Notes: generated by a model from the letters alone, not told the origin. A stretch of 64,000 nt of DNA from Eledone cirrhosa (GCA_964016885.1 OZ024756.1:11718001-11782000), one strand, 5' to 3'; counted from the first letter of the stretch, positions 40,943 through 54,343 are shown. Translations and numbers: made by a program.

Positions 40943-41315
40943 TGGAGGCACATGGCTTAGTGGCCTTTCAATCGAAAGTTTGTGAGTTCAATTCTCAGAC
41001 CGGGTGATGTGTTGTTTGAGCAAGACACTTTATTTCACATTGCTCCAGTTTATTCAGCTGTAGAAATGAGATGATAGAGACTGGGGTCCCTATCATTCCA
41101 CTGCAAAGTGGTCGTGCAGATGCCACGGCAAAAAAAGCACCCAGCCCACACTGTAAAGTGGACGTGTAGGCGCCACGTAAAAAAAAGCACCCACCACTCA
41201 CTGTAAATAAGGTTGGTGTTAGAAAGGGCATCCAGCTGTAGAAATCAAGCCAGAATCAGTTCCCGTCCCACCCTTGCAAGCAGGGAAAAGCGGACATAAA
41301 ATGATGATGATGATG
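40943..41315 (+). mobile_element. SINE family B, longer variant
   Basis: Retains the extra gcccacactgtaaagtggacgtgtaggcgccacg block present in the RTE 3' UTR at 32950-32985. Confidence 0.88.
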
Positions 41316-41782
41316 TTATCATATCTACATATTTGCGTATAATATCAATATGCACACTACACATGCTAGCAGAAAACCACCTGAAGGGTGGTTTTTTTTC
41401 TGCTAGTGGTTTTTAATTTAAGCAGAAAGTCAGCACTTTTGGGATTCAGTGGAAAATCGATTATATCAACCCCAGAAAGATAAAAGACAAAGTTGATCTT
41501 GGCGGGATTTGAACTTAGAACAAACCTAGAAAACAGTAACTAAATACCACAAAGCGTAATGGTTTCTGATTAGGCACAAGGCCAACAATTTGGAATGAGG
41601 GGAAAGTCAATTAAATCAACCTCAGTGCATTACTGGTACTTTTATTTTATCAACCCCGTAAGGATGAAAGATAAAGTTAACCATGACAGGGTTAGAACTT
41701 ATAATGTGAAGAACCATAATTGTAAACTGGAAAGCCATCTTGTCTGACGCTCTACCAATTGCTGCCGATCTATCGCCCTAAT

Positions 41783-43040
41783 CATCATTATCATCATCAT
41801 CATCAACGTTTAACGTCCGTGTTCCACGCTTGCATGGGTTTGGACGGGGGTAGTCCCACTTGAGGCAAGAGTGATTGTCTTGCTCGCATAGGACTGTCTG
41901 GCAGGTTTTCTACAGTTGGATGTCCTTCCTAACACCAACCACATTTACAGTGTGGGTCTGGGAGGTTTTTACCGTGTTGCCTACACGGCCACATTACAGC
42001 GTGGACTGTCTGGCGGGTTTTCTACAGCTGGATGCCCTTCCTAACACCAACCACATTTACAGTGTGGGTCTGGGAGGTTTTTACCGTGTTGCCTACACGG
42101 CCACATTACAGCGTGGACTGTCTGGCGGGTTTTCTACAGCTGGATGCCCTTCCTAACACCAACCACATTTACAGTGTGGGGCTGGGAGGTTTTTACCGTG
42201 TTGCCTACACGGCCACATTACAGCGTGGACTGTCTGGCGGGTTTTCTACAGCTGGATGCCCTTCCTAACACCAACCACATTTACAGTGTGGGGCTGGGAG
42301 GTTTTTACCGTGTTGCCTACACGGCCACATTACAGCGTGGACTGTCTGGCGGGTTTTCTACAGCTGGATGCCCTTCCTAACACCAACCACATTTACAGTG
42401 TGGGGCTGGGAGGTTTTTACCGTGTTGCCTACACGGCCACATTACAGCGTGGACTGTCTGGCGGGTTTTCTACAGTTGGATGCCCTTCCTAACACCAACC
42501 ACATTTACAGTGTGGGGCTGGGAGGTTTTTACTGTGTTGCCTACACGGCCACATTACAGCGTGGACTGTGTGGCGGGTTTTCTACAGTTGGATGCCCTTC
42601 CTAACACCAACCACATTTACAGTGTGGGGCTGGGAGGTTTTTACCGTGTTGCCTACACGGCCACATTACAGCGTGGACTGTCTGGCGGGTTTTCTACAGT
42701 TGGATGCCCTTCCTAACACCAACCACATTTACAGTGTGGGGCTGGGAGGTTTTTACCGTGTTGCCTACACGGCCACATTACAGCGTGGACTGTGTGTTTT
42801 TTTGTTGTGACACCTACACGATCTCATTTGTTTCGGCCTGGATGGCGCGGCACCAACATAACTTTACATAGAACGGGGTGGTGTGGATGGGGTGGGGGTG
42901 GGACGGGGTGTATTTTGTTAGAGATGCCTACTGGCTGGAGTAGGTTTTACTATGTATTTAGGTAAGGCGGGTCTTCTCTGTTACTGAGTACCGCCAAAGG
43001 TCTCGGTCCAGTGACATTGTCTTGGAGAGGTGTAAGTGTA
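41783..43040 (-). mobile_element. RTE 3' end with internal tandem amplification
   Basis: Colinear with 2815-3205 apart from the repeat array. Confidence 0.9.
41891..42793. repeat. Minisatellite, 8 x 112 bp, from the RTE 3' UTR
   Basis: Period 112 counted (41891, 42003 ... 42787). Bounded by GGACTGT microhomology. Confidence 0.97.
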
Positions 43041-43047
43041 ATAGTAA

Positions 43048-43447
43048 TAATAATTGTTTCTATTTTAGGCACAGGGCCAGCAATTACCCAGTGCATTACT
43101 GGTACTTTATTTTATCGACCCCGTAAGGATGAAAGGCAAAGTCAACCTCGACGGGATTTGAACTCAGATCGTAAAGGGACGTAACTCTATGCTTCAAAGC
43201 ATGGCGTCCGACCCTCCACCAGTTACTGCCAATCTACCGCCCAAATAGTAATAATAATTGTTTCTACTTTAGGCACAAGGCCAGCAATAACCCAGTACAT
43301 TACTGGTACTTTATTTTATTGACCCCGTAAGGATGAAAGGCAAAGTGAACCTCGGCGGAATTTGAACTCAGACCATAAAGGGCCGTAACTCTATGCTTCA
43401 AAGCATGGTGTCCGACCCTCCACCAGTTACTGCCAAATCCACCGCTC
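43048..43447 (-). mobile_element. Tandem pair of SINE family A copies
   Basis: Copies at 43048-43243 and 43253-43447. Confidence 0.88.
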
Positions 43448-43816
43448 TAATAGTAATAATAATATTAACGAAAAGTTATTTATGAAATACATAAAATATA
43501 TGCAAAAAAAATATATTGTTAGTATCAGAAAACAGAGTAATTTTTTTCTTATTAAGTATATAGAAAGTAAAATACTTGTGATTCCAAATATAGCAGCTGT
43601 TGTTTTCTGTGATGTGCCTCTCATGTCTTTCAACAATGGACTGTAATCATCATGCTAAAATAATACTTTCACTAATAATATTAAACATTGATATTCATAT
43701 TTATATTACAAACATTTCCAAGGGAGATAAAAAAAACAACAAAAAAAACAAAAAAAACAACCAGAAATGCGTATACCGTATTAAAAGAAAAATAGAATCA
43801 ATAAAAAAGAAAGGAA

Positions 43817-43878
43817 ATGGTAGAATGTGTGACTAATGAAGATGATGATAGATATATAGTGTTAGATGTTCTGAAATG
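43817..43878 (+). CDS. Candidate host exon end (MVECVTNEDDDRYIVLDVLK)
   Basis: Strong donor TG|GTAAGT and only one open frame. 5' boundary uncertain; a direct join to the next candidate exon gives TGA. Confidence 0.25.
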
Positions 43879-44111
43879 GTAAGTGAACATCTCTCTGGCT
43901 TCAATAAAGATTGTCACTAGAATTAGAGAATTGGTTGTTTTATATCTGTATTGATATGATTGCGGCAGACTGGATTGTGAACAAAAATAAATATGGTGTG
44001 TGTATATATATATATATAACCAAAGATTAATATGGTTCATTGATTAATCAATGAAGACAGTTTTACAATAGATTAAAAGCACTCAACCAAAGAATTTTCC
44101 TGGAGTTTTTA

Positions 44112-44452
44112 ATATTATTCAAAATATTGACAAATGAAGATATTCACATAATCAAAATATGTTTTATTATATATATTTCGAAGGTACTGTGTTGTTTTTT
44201 TCAGTACGTCCTCATCAGATAAAATATATAATTTGATATATGACATAACTCTACGGTCTTGATATTTCAATTCCAGTATTGGCAGTACTGGAATTGAAAT
44301 ATCAAGACCGTAGAGTTATGTCATTTATCAAATTATATATTTTATCTGATGAGGACGTACTGAAAAAACAACACAGTACCTTCGAAATATATATAATAAA
44401 GCATATATTTTGATGATGTGGATGTCTTCATTTGTTAATATTTTGAATAATA
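44112..44452. repeat. Long palindrome (~170-bp arms, centre 44282) of a Penelope-like pLTR fragment with two divergent hammerheads
   Basis: Arms are near-perfect reverse complements. HHR motifs at 44163-44223 (-) and 44341-44400 (+). Confidence 0.92.
44341..44400 (+). ncRNA. Minimal hammerhead ribozyme motif (mirror copy at 44163-44223, minus)
   Basis: tttat-CTGATGA-ggacgtactg..cagtaccttc-GAAA-tatata-TA|ataaa. Confidence 0.8.
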
Positions 44453-44471
44453 TATATATATATATAGAGAG

Positions 44472-44580
44472 AGAAGAGCTTCTACAGGACTAGAACTGTT
44501 TCATAAGTGAGAAATCATCAGGAAGCTGCTTCCTGCTGATTTCTCACGAATGGAAGTTCTAGTCCTGTAGAAGCTCTTCT
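44472..44580. repeat. Palindrome (~53-bp arms) with a hammerhead-like motif on the minus strand
   Basis: cttc-CTGATGA-..-GAAA-cag(ttctagtc)ctg-TA|gaag. Helix II is weak. Confidence 0.75.
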
Positions 44581-45158
44581 ATATTAAAACATTTATAATC
44601 TGCTATGTATTGAGTACCCTACTTACTGTGATTACCCCCGATTCAACCCAGAATAACTTATATATATATATTGTGCGTATGTATATATATATATATATCA
44701 GAATGGAGGTGGTAAAAACTAGTTAGACCATTACTCACCAGAGTACTCAATACTTGGGGTAAATGTGATTGTGTAGGCAACACAACAAAATACACCCAGC
44801 ACACATTGTAAATGTGGTTGACATTAGAAAGGGTATCCATCTGCAGAAACCAAGCCAAAATCTGCCCTAGGTGAGCTAAACATGGTCCTTTGACCTGATT
44901 TCCTCCTTAAAGGTCAACCCATCCCACCCATGCTATTATGGAAGATGGGCGTTAAATGATGATGATGAAGGTTTCTCAGTACAAAGCCCAAACTTGCGTT
45001 GAGAGCATCTATAAATTTATATTTACATCTGCATTTCATTTGTTCTCTATAAATGTACAAAATACTAGTTTGTTCATCAATTGGTATATCCATGTATATA
45101 TATATAGTATACATACTGCAATGTGTTGTACATATAGTGTGTATTATATATTTTTCAG

Positions 45159-45200
45159 AATCCCTCTGATGAAAAGATTTTCTGACAATCTACTGGGATG
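45159..45200 (+). CDS. Candidate 42-nt host exon (IPLMKRFSDNLLG), phase 2-2
   Basis: tttttcag| acceptor, TG|gtcagt donor, single open frame compatible with 56522-56647. Confidence 0.4.
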
Positions 45201-45262
45201 GTCAGTACTGTTTCTTGATCTTGGAAACTGTTGTACAGGGGACTTAGTGAAGTCTTCTAGCT

Positions 45263-45500
45263 TTAACCCTTTAGCATTCACATTACTCTATATATACTAT
45301 TACGTTTTCAGGATAAAGGCTTTACCTCGCATAATCCTCTCACATAAAATCGAATCTATGAGATTTTGAAAGTATTTATTTTGAGAACAATACCTTAACA
45401 TTAGTTTGAGTGACCAGTTACAGCCAATTTTAAGAGAAAGAGGTAGAGAATTCTGGCTAGTTTTGGCCGGTTTGAACAGGTTTGAACATTAAAGGGTTAA
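45263..45500 (-). mobile_element. piggyBac-like MITE
   Basis: TTAACCCTTTAGCATTC...AAAGGGTTAA, reverse orientation. Another copy at 47907-48136. Confidence 0.8.
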
Positions 45501-45768
45501 GTTGCTTAACTAAGACTATATTTCTAGGAAAAGATGCTTGTCAAGTGTTCTTATTTTAGATTACTTTACAGAGATCTACCCCTCAATGATTTTGTATAAA
45601 ATGTTTGTGTGTATGTGTATATGTATGTATATATATATATCTATATATCTATATATATAAATAACAAGTGTTAAGTCTCAAAAATGACAATAATATGCAC
45701 TATGCATACAGTACATTGAATTTGTTTAATATATACATATATGTGTGTATGTGTACATATACACACAC

Positions 45769-45879
<111 letters not shown>

Positions 45880-46034
45880 ATATGTATATGCGTGTGTGTG
45901 TATGTGTATGTGTGTGTATATGTGTATGTGTGTGTATATATATATGTATGTGTGTGTGTGTGTATATATATGTATGTGTGTGTGTATATATATATATGTG
46001 TGTGTGTGTGTATGTATATATATATATTTATTCC

Positions 46035-46073
<39 letters not shown>

Positions 46074-46128
46074 ATGTATATATATATATGTGTGTGTGTA
46101 TGTATATATATATATGTGTGTGTGTATG

Positions 46129-46161
<33 letters not shown>

Positions 46162-46232
46162 ATGTATATATATATATGCGTGTGTGTATATATATATATG
46201 TGTGTATGTATATTTATATATATATATGTGTA

Positions 46233-46263
<31 letters not shown>

Positions 46264-46297
46264 GTGTATGTATATGTGTGTATGTATATATATATAA

Positions 46298-46360
<63 letters not shown>

Positions 46361-47035
46361 TTATATGTATGGTAATAACAGGGAATAGTTGATATGAATT
46401 AGCTTTCTAGATGTGTTAGAACGGTAAAAGTTCGCTAGAACTGAATTTGTGGTATTTTTACAACTCTGCTGGGAAGACGGGAAACAGCGATTCTATAATT
46501 GATAGGTTTCAAAAACGACAGAAATAATTTATAATTACAGACATTGTGTAATAACTAGTTTAATATAAGACAGAGAAGAATATTGTGGTAATATAACATA
46601 TAATATTGTTGTTGTAGCTACTGCTGCTGCTGCTGCTGCTACTGCTGCTGTTGTTACTATTACTACTGCTGCTACTACTACTACTACTATTGTTACTACT
46701 ACTACTACTACTACTGCTACTACTATTGTTACTACTGCTACTACTACTACTGCTACTACTATTGTTACTACTACTACTGTTGCTACTACTACTACTACCA
46801 CCACCACCACTACTACCACCACCACCACCACTACTACCACCACCACCACCACCACTACTACTACTACTGTTACTACCACCACCACCACCACCACCACCAC
46901 CACTACTACTACCACCACCACCACCACCACTACTACTACTACTACCACCACCACCACCACCACCACCACCACTACTACTACCACCACCACCACCACTACT
47001 ACTACTACTACTACCACCACCACCACTACTACTAT

Positions 47036-47068
<33 letters not shown>

Positions 47069-47149
47069 CACCACTACTACTACTACTATTACTACTACTA
47101 CTACTACTACTACTACCGCTGCTACTGCATTTGATATTCAAATAATTTT

Positions 47150-47328
47150 GAACATGCTGAAATATTTGGGTAACATACACTACGGTCTTCTGGTTAGAAT
47201 GTCTCAGGAAAGAACCACTGGACAGATTTTACAGGCAAAACCCACTGAGAGGCGACTGATGGGTACATCTGGTCTGGCTTGGGAATTTAGCTGTGTTAAT
47301 TGGACATGGTTGTTCTTGACGACCGGCT
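47150..47328 (+). mobile_element. Decayed RTE 3' fragment
   Basis: LVRMSQERTTGQILQAKPTERR-like C-terminal motif. Confidence 0.5.
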
Positions 47329-47858
47329 GGAAGGAGGGTTTGAGGGACTTGCTAGGAGGGTTTGAGGGACTTGGTGGAAGGAGGGTTTGAGGGACCCGCT
47401 GGAAGGAGGGTTTGAGGGACTTGGTGGAAGGAGGGTTTGAGGGACTTGGTGGAAGGAGGGTTTGAGGGACTTGGTGGAAGGAGGGTTTGAGGGACCAGCT
47501 GGAAGGAGAGTTTGAGGGACTTGCTTGGAGTGTTTGAGGGACTTGGTGGAAGGAGGGTTTGAGGGACTTGGTGGAAGGAGGGTTTGAGGGACTTGCTGGA
47601 AGGAGGGTTTGAGGGACCAGCTGGAAGGAGAGTTTGAGGGACTTGCTAGGAGTGTTTGAGGGACTTGGTGGAAGGAGGGTTTGAGGGACTTGGTGAAAGG
47701 AGAGTTTGAGGGACTTGCTGGAAGGAGGGTTTGAGGGACCAGCTGGAAGGAGAGTTTGAGTGACTTGTTGGAAGGAGGGTTTGAGGGGCTTGGTGGAAGG
47801 AGGGTTTGAGGGACTTGCTAGGAGTGTTTGAGGGACTTGGTGGAAGGAGGGTTTGAGG
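47329..47858. repeat. G-rich minisatellite, ~21 x 25 bp
   Basis: Unit ggaaggagggtttgagggacttggt. Confidence 0.93.
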
Positions 47859-48239
47859 ATTCTGTGTGAAGAAGAGATTTTTTTTTCTAGATAAATATAA
47901 ACAATTTAATCCTTTAGCATTTACATTACTCTCTATATATACTATTATATTTTTGTGGTAAAGGCTCTATCTTACATAATTATCTCACGTAATATCAAAT
48001 CGATGAGATTTTGATATTATTTATTTTCAGAACAATACCTTAACATCAGTATGAGTGGCCAGTTACAGCTGGTTTAAAAAGAAAGAGGTGAGAGAATTCT
48101 GGCCTTATATGGCCAGTTTAAATGCTAAAGGTTTAAAAGAAACAATTTTGTATCATATAACGAAAGTTTAAGCTAAGCTTTGTAACATACCATTAACAAA
48201 GACAAATTTCTTTGATAAAATTGTGATCAAATGTTTTAA

Positions 48240-49097
48240 TGCTGTTCTCAAAATAAATAATATCAAAGCCTCATATAGTCTATATTATGTGAGATAATTA
48301 TGTAAAATAAAACCTTTACTGTGAAAATACAATAGTATATATACAGTAATGTAAATGTTATGTGAGATATTATGTGAGGTAAAGCCTTTACCGTGAAAAT
48401 ATAATAGTACATATAGAGTAGTGTAAATGTTATGTGAGGTAAAACCTTTACTGTGTAAATACAATAGTATATATAGAGTAATGCAAATGTTATGTGAGGT
48501 AAAGCCTTTACTGTGAAAATACAATAGTATATATAGAGTAATGTAAATGTTATGTGAGGTATTATGTAAGGTAAAGCCTTTACTGTGTAAATACAATAGT
48601 ATATATAGAGTAATGTAAATGTTATGTGAGATATTATGTAAGGTAAAACCTTTACTGTGAAAATACAATAGTATATATAGAGTAATGTAAATGTTATGTG
48701 AGGTATTATGTCAGGTAAAGCCTTTACTGTGAAAATACAATAGTATATATAGAGTAATGTAAATGTTATGTGAGGTATTATGTGAGGTAAAGCCTTTACT
48801 GTGAAGATATAATAGTATATATAGAGTAATGTAAATGTTATGTGAGGTAAAGCCTTTACTGTGAAAATACAATAGTATATATAGAGTATTGTAAATGTTA
48901 TGTGAGGTAAACCCTTTACTGTGAAAATACAATAGTATATATAGAGTATTGTAAATGTTATGTGAGGTAAAGCCTTTACTGTGAAAATACAATAGTATAT
49001 ATAGAGTAATGTAAATGTTATGTGAGATATTATGTGAGGTAAAGCCTTTACTGTAAAAATACAATAGTATATATAGAGTATTGTACTAAAGGGTTAA
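48240..49097 (+). repeat. piggyBac-like MITE 3' half with ~12 tandem 60/72-bp units
   Basis: Same unit as 19995-20396. Ends aaagggttaa. Confidence 0.9.
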
Positions 49098-49384
49098 TAT
49101 GGAGAAAAACATTGTCATAATGCCTGTGACTATTGACATATACCCACACATGCATATGCATATACATAAACATACACATGCCCACCCCCATATAAACATA
49201 CACACCCAAACACCCCCACATACACACACACACACACACTGATACATACCCCCCCCCCCACTATCTCGCCGTGTGTATATATATATATATCATATATATA
49301 TATATATATCCGGGAGCTTCCAACCGACATGGTCGCAATCTTTAAGGGTATGTCAATATTTGTTTATAAAACTGATCTATATTA

Positions 49385-49449
49385 TATTTTATCTGATGAA
49401 AGCGCACCATAATTTGCTTTGGTGTCCTTGAAATATGTATAATGAAATA
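49385..49449 (+). ncRNA. Minimal hammerhead ribozyme motif in a Penelope-like fragment (49310-49570) within (TA)n
   Basis: tattttat-CTGATGA-aagcgcacca..tggtgtcctt-GAAA-tatgta-TA|atgaaata. Helix II co-varies with the 1940-2004 copy. Confidence 0.78.
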
Positions 49450-49567
49450 AATATGGTTTTATAAATAAAGTTTCCATTTGTATTTTTACTCCAATAATTT
49501 GTTGAGTGCTTTATATCAGTTATAAAAATATTTGCCTGTTGTATCCCAACAAATTAAATATAACTTC

Positions 49568-49629
<62 letters not shown>

Positions 49630-49849
49630 TGTATGTTTGCCCGTACTTTCCCTCTCTCTCTATTTACTTTCCTTTCTATGTTTGTCCCCCTCTCTCCCTC
49701 TCTCTCTCCCTCTCTCTGCCCCTCTCTCTTGCTCCCTCCCCCATTATTTCTCTATATAACTGTTTGTCCCCCCCCCCACATCTCTCTATACCTTTATGTT
49801 TGTTTCTCTCTCTCCCTCTATATCTCTATATATCACTATCTCTCCCTCC

Positions 49850-50260
49850 CTCTCTCTGTACATACCTCCACCTGTAACCCCCAACCTCCACCATCTCCCT
49901 CTCCCTCTCTATTTATCACCATCTCTCCCTCTCTCTCTGTACATACCTCCACCTGTAATCCCCAACCTCCTCTATCTCTCTCTCTCTCTCTCCCTCTCCC
50001 TCTCTATATATCACCATCTCTCTCTCTCTCCCTCTCTCTGTACATACCTCCACCTGTAACCCCCAACCTCCACCATCTCTCTCTCCCTCTCCCTCTCTAT
50101 TTATCACCATCTCTCCCTCTCTCTCTCTGTACATACCTCCACCTGTAATCCCCAACCTCCTCCATCTCTCTCTCCCTCTCCCTCTCTATATATCACCATC
50201 TCTCTCTCTCTCTCTCTCTATACATACCTCCACCTGTAACCCCCAACCTTCTCCACTACT
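49850..50260. repeat. CT-rich tandem repeat, ~5 x 80-100 bp
   Basis: Core tacatacctccacctgtaacccccaacctcc. Confidence 0.85.
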
Positions 50261-50664
50261 TCTCTCTCAATTCACTTCATTCAAAAGACAGTAATTTTAT
50301 TCTGACATTTCAAGTGTATTTTGTTCACTTGTTGAAAATTCTTGAGAATGTCTAAAGTTAAGCTTTAGCAATGGAGCTGTAATTAGTTTGATGTGTGTTT
50401 TTAGTTCCCTGTCCATTACTACACACAAGCACTTATTGTCAATTGGTTTCTAGAAACTCACTGGACAGACCATCAAACCCCACCACTACCACTACCACCC
50501 CACCACTTCCACCACCGCTACCCTCCCTCCTCCCACCGATACCCCCCACCCCCCACCCACCACCACCACCCACATTTCTCCATATTCATGTAATGTAACC
50601 ATCTGGTATTTAAAAAAAAAATACAGTTTGAGATGTTTTTGAAAGCATTGTTTTCTAATAATGA

Positions 50665-51210
50665 TAATAATTGTTTCTACTTTTGGCACAAGGCCAGCAA
50701 ATACCCCAGTGTATTACTGGTACTATAAGGATGAAAGGAAAAGTTAACCTAATAATGACAATAATAAATAACAACAATAACCATTATTATTATTAATATT
50801 ATTAGGGCGGTAGATTGGCAGTATCAGTAGAGGGTTGGGCACCATGCTTTGCAGCAAAGAGTTACGGCCCTTTATGATCTGAGTTCAAATCCCGCCGAGG
50901 TTAACTTTGCCTTTCATCCTTACGGGGTCGATAAAATAAAGTACCACTGGGGTCGATTTAATCGACTTTCCCTCCCCTTCAAATTGCTGGCCTGGTGCCT
51001 ATATAAGAAACCATTATTATTCGATTGGCAGTATCGGTAGAGCGTCGGACATCATGCTTTCCAACATAGTTACGTCCCTTTACGGTCTGAGTTCAAATCC
51101 TGCTGAGGTTAACTTTGCCTTTCATCCTTACGGGGTTGATAAAATAAAGTACCAGTAATGTACTGGGTAATTGATGGCCTTGTGCCAAAAGTAGAAACAA
51201 TTATTATTAT
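50665..51210. mobile_element. SINE family A cluster (one deleted minus copy, two plus copies)
   Basis: 50665-50750 (-), 50805-51020 (+), 51022-51210 (+). Confidence 0.82.
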
Positions 51211-51234
51211 TATTGATGGTTTGCACGATAAATA

Positions 51235-51400
51235 TGATGATGATGATGATGATCATCATCATCATGGTTAATGAATCTTCTATAGTTTGTTGTGTCCTAA
51301 CATGGACCTTAGGCATGCAGTACTTTCATGAGTATGTGTGTGGTGCCACAAATGGGCAGCTTTTTGTAGAAGACCAATTTGTGTTTGAAGTTCTATTTGC
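51235..51400 (-). mobile_element. Possible R4/NeSL-like (REL) LINE 3' remnant
   Basis: Frameshifted LQKAA..GTTHILMKVL resembles the QKxALLGTAHILRKVL C-terminus, followed by (ATG)n. Confidence 0.45.
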
Positions 51401-51413
51401 TGAAAATTCTTGC

Positions 51414-53492
51414 AAATTTAGTGGTATCTATCTTAAATTTAGTGGTATCTATCTTAAATTTAGTGGTATCTATCTTAAATTTAGTGGTATCTATCTTAAA
51501 TTTAGTGGTATCTATCTTAAATTTAGTGGTATCTATCTTAAATTTAGTGGTATCTATCTTAAATTTAGTGGTATCTATCTTAAATTTAGTGGTATCTATC
51601 TTAAATTTAGTGGTATCTATCTTAAATTTAGTGGTATCTATCTTAAATTTAGTGGTATCTATCTTAAATTTAGTGGTATCTATCTTAAATTTAGTGGTAT
51701 CTATCTTAAATTTAGTGGTATCTATCTTAAATTTAGTGGTATCTATCTTAAATTTAGTGGTATCTATCTTAAATTTAGTGGTATCTATCTTAAATTTAGT
51801 GGTATCTATCTTAAATTTAGTGGTATCTATCTTAAATTTAGTGGTATCTATCTTAAATTTAGTGGTATCTATCTTAAATTTAGTGGTATCTATCTTAAAT
51901 TTAGTGGTATCTATCTTAAATTTAGTGGTATCTAAATTAAATTTAGTGGTATCTATCTTAAATTTAGTGGTATCTATCTTAAATTTAGTGGTATCTATCT
52001 TAAATTTAGTGGTATCTATCTTAAATTTAGTGGTATCTATCTTAAATTTAGTGGTATCTATCTTAAATTTAGTGGTATCTATCTTAAATTTAGTGGTATC
52101 TATCTTAAATTTAGTGGTATCTATCTTAAATTTAGTGGTATCTATCTTAAATTTAGTGGTATCTATCTTAAATTTAGTGGTATCTATCTTAAATTTAGTG
52201 GTATCTATCTTAAATTTAGTGGTATCTATCTTAAATTTAGTGGTATCTATCTTAAATTTAGTGGTATCTATCTTAAATTTAGTGGTATCTATCTTAAATT
52301 TAGTGGTATCTATCTTAAATTTAGTGGTATCTATCTTAAATTTAGTGGTATCTATCTTAAATTTAGTGGTATCTATCTTAAATTTAGTGGTATCTATCTT
52401 AAATTTAGTGGTATCTATCTCAAATTTAGTGGTATCTATTCCAAATTTAGTAGTATCTATTCAAAATTTAGTGGTATCTATCTCAAATTTAGTGGTATCT
52501 ATTCCAAATTTAGTGGTATCTATCTTAAATTTAGTGGTATCTATTCCAAATTTAGTGGTATCTATCTTAAATTTAGTGCTATCTAAATTAAATTTAGTGG
52601 TATCTATTTTAAATTTAGTGGTATCTATTTTAAATTTAGTGGTATCTATTTTAAATTTAGTGGTATCTATTTTAAATTTAGTGGTATCTATTCCAAATTT
52701 AGTGGTATCTATTCCAAATTTAGTGGTATATATCTTAAATTTAGTGGTATCTATCTTAAATTTAGTGGTATCTAAATTAAATTTAGTGGTATCTATTCCA
52801 AATTTAGTGGTATCTATCTTAAATTTAGTGGTATCTATCTTAAATTTAGTGGTATCTATCTTAAATTTAGTGGTATCTATCTTAAATTTAGTGGTATCTA
52901 TCTTAAATTTAGTGGTATCTATCTCAAATTTAGTGGTATCTATTCCAAATTTAGTGGTATCTATCTTAAATTTAGTGGTATCTATCTCAAATTTAGTGGT
53001 ATCTATTCCAAATTTAGTGGTATCTATCTTAAATTTAGTGGTATCTATCTTAAATTTAGTGGTATCTATTTCAAATTTAGTGGAATCTATCTTAAATTTA
53101 GTAGTATCTATTCCAAATTTAGTGGTATCTATTCCAAATTTAGTGGTATCTATCTTAAATTTAGTGGTATCTATCTTAAATTTAGTGGAATCTATCTTAA
53201 ATTTAGTAGTATCTATTCCAAATTTAGTGGTATCTATTCCAAATTTAGTGGTATCTATCTTAAATTTAGTGGTATCTATCTTAAATTTAGTGGAATCTAT
53301 CTTAAATTTAGTAGTATCTATTCCAAATTTAGTGGTATCTATTCCAAATTTAGTGGTATCTATCTTAAATTTAGTGGTATCTATCTTAAATTTAGTGGTA
53401 TATATCTTAAATTTAGTGGTATCTATTTCAAATTTAGTGGAATCTATCTTAAATTTAGTGGTATCCTAAATTTAGTGGTATCTATCCCAAAT
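51414..53492. repeat. Minisatellite, ~99 x 21 bp
   Basis: Unit aaatttagtggtatctatctt. Confidence 0.98.
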
Positions 53493-53541
53493 CTCCAGTT
53501 GCTACTGGAATTATTTTAATGTTCTTATCTGGTATACACAT

Positions 53542-53601
<60 letters not shown>

Positions 53602-54097
53602 CACACAACCCATTATGACTTTTTTTATTGTAAACTACAATTTGTTTCCATTAAATAATGACTTTGGCAGATGGCCAGTAATTTGGGTGAAAGTCAATAA
53701 AATTGACCCTAGTACTTTACTCGTACTTTATTGATCTCGGAATGATAAAGATGATTTGGGCAAGACTTGAACACAAAGCAGAGTTAACTGGAACAGATAA
53801 TGAAACAGTTTTAAGCTGACTCTACCAACTCCTTGTCTCATTTTAATGTCGACTGGCCCAGTAGATACACAGCAGGGATGTTATTTAGAGCTATTACGTG
53901 GCTCTCCTCATTTTAATGTCAACTGACCCAGTAGATACACAGCAGGGATGTTATTTAGGGGCTCTTTTAGCTAGATAAATATATTAAAAAGGTTAACAGG
54001 TCAACTGGCAATTTTATAAAATTGTCATGTATATTATCCCAAATCTATAATGTGAGAGTGAATTACTTTTTGATAAATAACTACAATTTCATATATA

Positions 54098-54343
54098 TAT
54101 ATTGTTATGCTTTGAGAGGGTCATGTTGCCAATAAGAAACACATGCACCAGTTGCTTTCACTTCAATTAAATTAAATTTATAATAAATTTATGAATTTTA
54201 TGGTTGGTTGGTTAGTTCCACAACCAGACGATTGTTCATATATTGTCAAAGTTCTTTCGTCACACATTCTGTGACCTCTTCAGTGACTGGGGATTCTTTT
54301 CTTTTCTTATTGGCAACATGACCCTCCCAAAGCATAACAATAT
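54098..54343. repeat. Inverted repeat (~42-bp arms) enclosing a hammerhead-like motif (54245-54287, minus)
   Basis: tattgttatgctttgagagggtcatgttgccaataagaaa and its reverse complement; gtca-CTGAAGA-ggtcac..gtgac-GAAA-gaac-TT|tgac. Confidence 0.78.

Noticed and set aside
51213-53469. 696-aa and 240-aa ORFs
   Set aside because: Translation of a 21-bp minisatellite.
53838-53958. Two-copy ~70-bp direct duplication
   Set aside because: Ordinary local duplication with no further structure.
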